A stretch of 64,000 bases of DNA from Nitrospirales bacterium (lineage in GTDB: Bacteria > Nitrospirota > Nitrospiria > Nitrospirales > UBA8639). The stretch is from assembly GCA_965203295.1 (NCBI GenBank), contig CBDBCZ010000011.1:192001-256000 (forward strand), read 5' to 3'. Under the pieces are notes generated by a model. The model saw only the letters and a program-made list of their open reading frames with translations. It made no database searches and was not told the DNA's origin. Made by a program: the position numbers and the translations under genes. Within the stretch, counting starts at the first letter, position 1. The number at the start of each line of letters is the position of its first letter. Shown here piece after piece: positions 54,264-64,000 of the stretch.

Positions 54264-56537
54264 ATGGATCACCCACAGCAACCACATGATCGTAGCATAC
54301 GAATACTTAAAAATGACACCCTTGGCAGTGGGTCCTATGGAGTGGTCTGCAAAGCCATGTGGGGCCAACGTCTCTGTGCTGCCAAACTCCTACACCCCAT
54401 CTTCTTCCAATCCAATGACCCCGGTATCATGACAAGAAGGAGAAGGTTCGAGCAGGAGTGTCGCTTCCTCAACGACATGAAACACCCACACATAGTTGAG
54501 TATCTCGGGACCTCCCATGACCCTGACTCCGGCCTCCTAGTGTTACTCATGGAACTCATGGATGAAAGCCTCACCCACTTCCTCGAGCGATCCCAACAAC
54601 CACTGGCCTACCACATCGAGGTAGACCTGTGCCATGATATAGCCCAGGCACTAGTGTATATCCACTCCAAAGACATCATCCATCGCGACCTCTCCGGTAA
54701 TAATGTCCTGCTGCTTGCTGGCAGAGCTAAGATCACAGATTTTGGGATGTCAAAGCTTTTTGACTCACACCGATGTATGACATCCCTCACCGTGTGTCCA
54801 GGAACCACAGCCTACATGCCACCAGAGGCTCTCAATGAATCTCCCGTCTACTCCAAGAAAATCGACTGCTTCTCCTTTGGAGTGCTACAGATTCAAATCA
54901 TGACACGCCAGTTCCCTGACCCTGGTCCTGCCATGCGAGTGGTTGAAGACTCACGATCTCCAACCGCTACAAGCAAAATCCCTGTTCTTGACAGCAAGCG
55001 TCACAAATCCCACATTGATATCATTGACCCCACCCACACCCTCCTCGCAACAGCCCTCAGCTGCCTCAGCTACTCAGAGAAGGATCGACCTTCAGCCCAG
55101 GACCTCTGCCGACAGCTAGCTGCCTTCAAGGAGCCCCCTCGTTACCAGCTACAAATTCTACAGCGAGAACTTCAAGCCAAGCACCAACAACTGCAGGATA
55201 GTCAGAGACAGATCCAGCAACTTACGCACCAAGTAGAAGAGAAACAGCACATTATTGATGACAAAGACACTGCTACAAGAACTAAATCAACAGCTCCAAT
55301 CAACTGAACAAGTTACAGCAGAATTTCAGCGAAATCTCCTACAGCACGAGCAAACAAGCAAACAACTTCAAAAGACTGTTAGCCAACTGAGGGTGGAATC
55401 TTCAACAAGCTGTGGAAGAGAAACAGGCTGGTGAAAGGAGGCTACGAGAGGAAAACCAACAGCTGCCAATAATGCCACAAGTAGGAGCACAACCAGACGA
55501 GATTATATCCCCACCCAGGCTGGAATTACAACAATCCCAAGAGAAACAGCATATACCACTGAAAATGGCCAGCTACAACGAATGAAATGGCCAGGACCAC
55601 CACCGCAGAAAGCTGACATGCAACAGAAGGCAATAAAAAATATGAGATGGCAGGAAGAGCCCAAAGCACCACAAAAAATGTACAGAGGATCTGCAGCTGC
55701 AGATGCCAGCATGGCTTTCTTCAACGGGCGGGACTTTACAACAGTTCATAGTTACGACTCTAACGCACGGGAATGGCATCAGCTACCAGACACCCCCCAG
55801 ATCAACTGCACCCTAGTGGTGGTTCATCACATACTAACTATGGTGGGAGGACTGATATCAGGCAGGGCCACCGACTCCCTCCTCAGCCTCATGGGGGAAG
55901 GGAGGGAGAAAAAATGGCTGCCTAACCTCCCTGCAATGCCAACCAAGCATTACCACACTGCAGCCGTGTGCAGTAGCCGCTCCCTCATCGTCGCCGGAGG
56001 GGAGGATGGCAGCAACAAACTGGCTACAGTGGAAGTGTTGGACACCGACGCTCGGCAGTGGTCCATTGCTCTCTGACGCACCCCTTCACTGGGACTACCA
56101 TATTGATCTGTGGTGAGAGGCTGTACATGCTGGGTGGCTTCGATGATCAGACTGGCTATCAGCCAACACGCTCTGTCCTCAGCTGTTCTATACCAGAACT
56201 ACTCCAGTCCTGCCAAACACAGCCGCTAGCTTGGAAGCTACGAACAGCACCAACAAACCAGTCTACAATATGGCAGCATGTAGCTGATGTCCCTCACTAC
56301 GTGTCGTCCTGTGCCACCCTCTGTGGGCAGCTGGTTACCGTAGGAGGGTGGGAAGATGGCAAGAACACTACTGCCATTACTGTCTATAACGAAACTACTG
56401 ACTCCTGGGAAGCCATGGGAGACATGCCAATTGCTCGACGCCGGACACTAGTAGCCATCCTCAATGGGAAGATGATGGTGGTCGGAGGCAGGGTTGGACA
56501 CTGGACTGTAACTGATGTAGTAGAAATATTGTGTTGA
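54264..56537 (+). pseudogene. TKL-like protein kinase + coiled coil + Kelch-like repeats, frameshifted
   Basis: GSGSYG, AAK, HRDLSGNN, DFG, YMPPE intact; Gln-rich coil; GG-containing Kelch repeats; frame changes near 55270, 55399, 55555 and 56072. Confidence 0.82.
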
Positions 56538-57624
56538 ACTAAAACTTGTTTTCTTGTTATTCCTGTTTCCAGCTGTTGTAAGACATTTTATAAGTGCTCT
56601 CAAGTTTGGGAGGGGTAATTTTTTTTTGGGTTAGTTCATAGCTCTTCTACTATACCAGCATATTCAGAGCCTCATTCCTCGCATGAGAGCCTGGGAATGA
56701 GGCTAATTCTTGTGGAAATGAAAACACACTTGACGTATGGCACGATTCCAAGCCTTGAAGATGAATGGTTCTTAGTCCATTGCTTTGCCAACCACTAGCT
56801 ATGCTGTGTTGTTTGTGTAATAGAGAAAGAGAGACAGATGTGAGATTTTTTTGAGTTGTGCTATGAAGAAGCGTTTGCACAACTCACCGGCCGGGTATGA
56901 CAGTAGGGAGAAGGCTATAAGCAGAAGTGGCAAGTTAAAATGAACTGTAGGACCCGTTACATTGGATCAAGGGGCAAAAAGACTACAATTGGATTATGAG
57001 TTGCCAAAAGTCGGCCTATTCCACTGTGACTCAGCTCCCCTTCAACCATTGGTACCTAGTAGGAGCTGTCTATGGAGCTACAGGACTGAAAGCTGCTAGA
57101 TTTACTGGAAGGTCTCCATTTCCTAGTAGTATCTAATTACGTTTTCTATACTACATACTAACTCACTTTGGCGACTGTTACAATGGTATGGTTAGTGCAT
57201 ACACGCGTACGCATGCGCATAAATATTGAGGCAGTGCAGTACCCGGTACGACGCAAACGTCAGTGACGAAATGATACGTAAGTACAGTGCACGATATTTT
57301 GGGGAGGCTAGCAAACGAACATAAGACCTGACTTTTTTTTTTTGAAGACACCGGTATGGCTCAAGGTAAGATGCCCAGGCTATACGATTGCAGTATATGC
57401 CTGTATCAAGGACGCAGCGTATATTTATTGCTGCCATGTCTGTCATGAGCCTCGAGTATAATTATATCTCTCTGTCGCTGTAATACTGGCAAGTGTTGAG
57501 GTCACTTGACCAGCAATTTCAATATCAAATTTCTCAACAGTCTCACCGAATGTTTGCCACACAAACGCGCATGCATGTATGTATGTAAATATGTATATAC
57601 ATGCACCTTCACCTGCATGTACAG

Positions 57625-60600
57625 CTCCAGATCCGAAACAGCAAGTAGTCCGGAACTGGATGCCAGTCCCCCAGACCACCATCTCGGGCTGCCCCCCTGG
57701 TCTGGAGTACCTCACCCAGATCGACCAACTCCTCGTGCACCAGCAAGTCCGAGCGATTGCTAAAAGTAAGTTTTATAAGTTCCCGGTGGCCTAGCCCTTT
57801 AGACACATACATGTATTATCGGAGTGTGGTGATGGTCATCAGTGTTATAAGTCTATGTACGTCCAGTTTGCTCAATGGTACAAGTTCCATGGAGGCAGGT
57901 TTCCGAAAAAAGGTGTACTTCATCATAATTATTGCATGGTCTCTCCCTTGCAGTGATTTCTTGGCGTGCCACTGAGAAAAGGTATCGTATCTGTAATGCA
58001 CTTGGACAGGATATTTACCTTGCCGCCGAACGTGAGTGCTAAGGAATGCTATATATACATCCGCTAGATCTATATACGTATAGTAACCACGATTTATTAC
58101 CCTTATCAGTTATAGTAATAGTATGTAACAATATTCTTGTGCATGCATGTGTACTGAGACACTATGTAGTTGGCAGAATGTGGATTGTGTCAGTTGAGCA
58201 TGCACGAGACTATAGCCGTGCACCGTGCTTAGAAGTGCTCTGACCGGCCTGAAGTTTTTCTTGCCTTGAGTCCATCTTCACTCAATAGTATTTCTTGTGT
58301 GTGTTGTATGTGGAGGGAGGGAAGCCTATAGCTATGCATGAAGCACTGTAGTGAGTTGTGGGAGCATTGGGCGTGACTAATTGTGAATACTACTTCCTAA
58401 AATAGACAATTCTATAACTGCTGTACTTCCCCTCTACATACCACCCAAGTCCATGCAACCTGTAAACCTTCTTGTACTAGTAAAGCTACTTTGGTATTCC
58501 CTGTGGTCAATACAGTGTTCCCAGTGAAGAGACCAAAATGTCATTTGAGCACCAAAAAAAACAGTTTATTGTCTACATAACTTTCAAAAGTTTCATTACA
58601 ATGCAGAAAACATACAAGTGCTCAAGGGAGGCTTTATAGGTCAGAGGTGTAGCTAAGGGTCGGATTTGCAATGTAGCAGCATCATGTTATAGCATAAACA
58701 CTGTAATTAGAATCTGAATTTGTAATTTATATAATTATGGCAAGTAGCTACACTATATGGAATGTACCAGCTCACATGAATCCACCCTCATGAAATTCAA
58801 CACTCAACTTTCCTCATGGTTAATTATATGAATTGTATATTGAATCCATATATACATACTAATTAAACACTGTATTAGAGTTAATCCGTTACTTAGTATT
58901 AGCTTTTAGTTTCAGCATAATTACGATAATTTTAATAATAGTTATAACAGTGAATAAGCTAGGTACCATTGACAAGTGGTTTGCTGTCTGAGTTGCAGAG
59001 GGGGTTTTAAGAATGAAAAATAACAGTAGTGTTGTGTCTGTAATGGTAACATGTTTTCACATTCTCTAACTAAGAATGCGGAAAACAATCTAATCAGTAT
59101 CCATGCATGTAATTTGTTTACAGATTTGAAACTTAAACAACAACCCACTAGTCGATAGGACAGTTCTATTTTTGATGTGTGCAAGCTTTATGAAGAGTAA
59201 TCTCTGATTCACCCACACAATGGGCTACGAAGAACAGATGTGTACTAAGTGTAGTCCAAGTTGTTGATCTAGAGTTGTTCATAGAACTCCTATACCTAAT
59301 GCTATCTTGATTTAGATACATGTATGAATGTGCATACTAAGTCTAGTATGAATACGTACGTGTCCTCCTGAACCTACGTATGCCCAGCCTCAGTTCTAAG
59401 TTGTTGGTCATATTAAAATGTTGGATGATACCGCTGTTAGTGATGAATATTTAGCAAGCATCATTTTCTACCATCATTCAAGGTATAGCTCCGTGAGTGG
59501 CTCACTCATATATGCCCCTGAAGTTCAGCCAGGTCTTTAGCTCCATAATACCTCGACATTGCAACCTAAAGCTAGAAATACCTCCATGATGCGTATGTAC
59601 CCTCTTTATATGTTTTTAGTTTCTTTACCTCTGCATGCAGAGTCCAACTATGACGATAGGCAGTACTGGGGCCCATTAGGCCCCCTTGTGATGAGCATTG
59701 CAGACAGTACTCAGAGGGAGGTAAGAGCCCCTACACATGTAGCTACGTAGCTGTTTTCCTGTGCAATCTGAAACCAGGGTAGGCCACGTATGTGGCAGTC
59801 CCAGGAAGAAAGCGAATGTTATCCCGCTGCATATATTGATCACGTCACTGCATTTGAACGTGACATCTCGTTATGAAGCTACTCAAATACGTTGTGTGAA
59901 TGCCGCAACTATCGACGCTAGTATACACACCACAATTATGGGTCCCTCCTTTAAGGTTAGCCCAACCGAAAGTGACGACTCCGCCCACATCAGCCAGTAG
60001 TCATGGAAAAGTATGTATAAAAGTGTATTGAGCATACGTTCGTAAATACGTAGTGCAGAATCTGTTGCGGTAAATCCTAGGACTCTCGAGCTACTTGTAG
60101 GTCTGATTCACAGTTGTACTAAAGCTTTCAAATGGCCTGCATGTCCTAGAGAACACACAGAGCTGACTTTACAAATCCAGAATCCTGGCCATTACTCTCT
60201 AATAAAGAGCTATAAGTCTTCATTCTCGATGTCTGGACATGTATCCTATAGACCTACAGATACAGCTGTGGCTGTAGCAGCATCGATCTGTCCCTTGGAT
60301 TTACCACAACTGTGTTTTGAGCTGGTGAAAGAATATAGCGCCTGCACGGCAAAAAGATTGCACGCATAAACTTTTTGATTCTGGGCTTTCTCCATTCTTT
60401 ATACTCTAGCCCTGCATAGTTTTTGTGGCCTTCATTGCCATGTTGTCAAGCTATGGGCGTCAAAACCGTAAATGGTCATGAAGTTTTAATATTTCTCCTT
60501 TACCGGTTGGGCCTGATCTTTAACTAAAGTTCAGAGATATCGCATTTGAAACACAATGACTCAAAAAAAAACACGACAAAAATAATGCTTGAGATTGCCA

Positions 60601-63380
60601 CATTTTTATGTTACAGTCAACTCGACCTGCAAGACTTTGCCAGTTAAAAAGGTAGATCCACTACTTGACTTAATTGTAGGCAAATGTCATACACTTTCAA
60701 TTCACCCGCATGTACCTGCATGTGCTCTTCAGTGTTCTTTTGCTGATTCTATGATCAAAATCAAACAAAAAATTACATTCATTCAGGTGCACTAACTATT
60801 CAAAACTCATCGTATCAGGTTCCATCCTCCTTTCTCTGTCCTCTAACTAACACCTACTGTTACTCCTTCCCTCTCCTCCCGTCTCAGGTGATCCACCTTA
60901 AGCACTGTTCCTGTTGCCTGTGCTTCTGCTGCCTCCAGCACATTGAGGTGCAGTCCCCTCCGGGTTCCGTCATCGGCTACATTGACGAGGATTTCTCCTT
61001 GACGTACCCCTGGTTCTCCATCAAGGATGCCACCAGAGAAACCCAGCTGAAGATCAGGGGGTTCGAAAGCTGTTGTGAACTTTGCTCCCAATTGAGTGAG
61101 GCAGAGTTTGAGGTGGGTCTACACACTGGTTGGCATATGTTGTTGTTTTTTTTTTCGAGGCATGCATGTGTAAAGCGCCTGGAAGCCTGGTTCTATATAT
61201 AATGATTATTTTTGTTTGTCTGTTTGTGTGTCCACGTGCACAATATTACATTATACATTATTAGTAGTCTATTATAGCTTTTGGGGTTTGTAGGCCAACT
61301 ACATGATAATTTGGTCCACAGCCAGTCATCTCACGTATTAAGGATCTCTCCAGTTGTTGTCTATATATCTGTACCAGCCATATGTCTACCAATATTATTT
61401 GGTGTGTTTCACTGAGGTAAAATCTTTTTTTTTGGTTAACACAACACTGCCATTAATTTCAGCATTCTGTACGATTAGTTAATCTTGTATAGTGAGCCTG
61501 TCACTGTAGCTAGGTCTTTATAGTATGTTTAGTCATTTACATAATGTTTGGTGTGAAACTGAATTTGTACATATAGTTGAACTATACATTACCCTTGCTC
61601 ATAGGTGCTCTCAGCTGATGGGACTCGACCAGTTGGTAAGATCACCAAGCAGTGGTCTGGACTGTCCCAGGCTAACAAGTTTGGCATCCAGTGTGAGTGT
61701 TGACAAACACAATTATGATATTTTTTTATAGTGGAATTTCCTGAAATGTGTCTTGAAGGAAAGTTGCATAGGATGAGGCACAACTTCAATCAAGACCAAA
61801 AAATTCAGCTCAAGACAGTTAAGATGGCCTTAATTCTGGATTGCATCAAAAAAAACACCAAAGTGCCTACTGTTTCTTTAGCAATAGCTAAGTATAGAGA
61901 GGTTTATAATACTTTTACTCTACATAAATCAATTGGACTGTAATTGAAAATGAAAATCAATCGGTGTGTTACCGTGGTAATACAACGGCTTCCGTTAAAT
62001 GGCGTCTTAATTAAAAGTTCCTTAACTGCATATTTTGCCATTCGCCACTACGAAATCGTGCTTAAACTTTGACTTCGGCCCGGTGATACGTATGTTACAA
62101 CAGTGAAGTTTTCATGTCTAGAACAGCATGGCTCTGCAAGTGGGTCACCTTCAGCTGCACTATACTCAGTGGTGCAGCTAGAGTCTGAGCATTTCCTGGG
62201 CACTGGCTGGGCATGGGTTACATAGCACAGAAATTTTGTGGTTGCACATCACTTTTGCCCCACAGCTACCATGTAACTCTGAAATTTCAAACGCGATCCT
62301 TGCATTGTCAAAGCAATTTAGGTCACGCTTGGTAGTACTGTCCAAGGAAGATCCGGTCTACCTGCTGCTTAGCCTCGTATCCAGTTGCTACTGGCTATTA
62401 AAAGTGTTGTAGTAGGCCCGGTACCTGTTTCTTGTCAATCCGGCCATGCCCATTTGGTATGAGACACGTTTTTTCGGGTATGCACACATTGTACCTGGGC
62501 CTGTGCTCTCTTGTTGCCCCGGGTGCAACTACAGCACTGACAGTGCTATGCTCTCACAGAGCCATACGAAGCATTTTTCTTTTGGTCAGGTGGGTAGTGG
62601 AGCACGACATATTCCCACATTAAAAGTTTGGATCTTTGGACTTTCTCAGATCGTTTCTAGTGCAATCTTGGAGCAGAATTGGACAACGTGCTGCCAAACC
62701 TAGCCTTTGTGCTTGAAACCCAGCTTTACAGGCATTGCTCCACTTTGCTTTCAGATCAGACTATATTTGACTGCACACGCATTGTGACGTCACTTCCTGT
62801 GAATGAGCGTACTGTACCGTTTATGCATCCTGTAGTGCTAGTGATGTTTACGAGTTTCTTGAGTGCTTTAGGCCCCTCTTTCCAGTACGTAAAAACAATG
62901 GAGTTAAAAGCTGGCTCCCGCTTTGTTTTCACTAAAAACATCTTCTCAGCCTCGTATTGTATATGAAGGTGAGCAGAAGGCTGTGTTTTTGGCGACATTA
63001 TAGTGCAGCCAACTGAACGTGTCATACCACTGAGCACAAAAACTCCTCTCCTCACCCTTTGAACCAAATGTTGCTTGGGAAAATATAAACGCTTTCGTCA
63101 GTTGAAACTGCTCAGCAGTGAACAGCCATGTCGACGGTACTTAATTATACTGGTGGATTAATTCATTGCATATATTGTACTACACACGCACACGCACACG
63201 CACACGCACACGCACACGCACACGCACACGCACACGCACACGCACACGCACACGCACACGCACACGCACACGCACACGCACACGCACACGCACACGCACA
63301 CGCACACGCACACACACACAGTCCCCATGGACCTCGATGTGAAGATGAAGGCAGTCATGCTGGGGGCCTGCTTCCTCGTT
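57625..63380 (+). CDS. PLSCR: Phospholipid scramblase copy 4 (divergent; last exon beyond window)
   Basis: Exons 57625-57765, 57954-58031, 59641-59720, 60888-61112, 61605-61692, 63322-63380, open and phase-consistent; possible start exon ATGGCTCAAG|GT at 57356-57365. Confidence 0.9.
63182..63320 (+). repeat. (CACACG)n microsatellite directly before the 3' splice site
   Basis: Hexamer array ending CACACAG|TCCCCATG. Confidence 0.95.
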
Positions 63381-64000
63381 GTGAGTTGATAATGGTGTCA
63401 CGGTATGAGAAAAGGCACACGATTCAATACCAATTACAAGTACGGGTGCATAATCTAAAATTAGGTCTGGTCTCACATTCATACTTAGGCAACACGAAAT
63501 TGGTTTCATATTTCATGGACAGACACGAGCAGGCTTCTAGACAGATGAAACAATGGTATTAGTACACTACTGAAGCTATCGGAAATAGAAATTACGTACT
63601 TTTTACCAGCCGTTCGCGCGCTGCGTACGAACAGCTGGTCCTATGATTGCTTTATGTTTTCTTGCCATTGCTATGTCATTAAACACAACAGTTAACAATG
63701 ATGCAATTTTTAAGGAAGACACGTGCGCATCCCCCTGCTTTCTGTATTTGGGAGGGGGGGGGGTACTTACCATGAAGAAGGCTTCTCCATGCATGCTCTG
63801 CTCTCACTAAGGGAGGTCTAGCTTGATAGACAGCTGGTCTACGTGTACGTATATTTTTTTGCTGGGAGGTGGAGACTTTTTGGGATATTACACAGATGTA
63901 TCCGAAAACAAATGGCATGCAAACCATGTATAGGGGATATGTATGGGGAGAGCAAAGAATTTAGAGATGGATCCTGGTGGATTTTGGCAGCTATCGACTT

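Overview
Intron-rich animal genomic DNA, most consistent with a demosponge (inferred from gene families and MITE types, not proven). It contains four + strand phospholipid scramblase (PLSCR) paralogues: copy 1 is 5'-truncated by the window, copies 2 and 3 have seven identified exons, and copy 4 is divergent and runs off the window. Between copies 3 and 4 lie a VWA7-like gene (-), an EPHX3/4-like alpha/beta hydrolase (-), a 5'-truncated GPR157-like GPCR (+) abutting an RLE non-LTR retrotransposon fragment, and a frameshifted kinase-coiled coil-Kelch gene (+). Introns are packed with non-autonomous elements (Sola2-like, HINE/Helentron-like, Kolobok-like, hAT, Tc1/mariner-type MITEs, a tRNA-derived SINE) and minisatellites. 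Strongest signal: nearly all long CA/GT microsatellites sit at splice sites with strict sense polarity, (CA)n replacing the polypyrimidine tract at 7 acceptors and (GT)n following donors. Three genes also show degenerate key motifs: EPHX HDWG->HGWG, the PLSCR copy 4 Ca2+ loop, and the VWA7 MIDAS. Exon structures were assembled by eye from GT-AG sites and phase; no searches were run.
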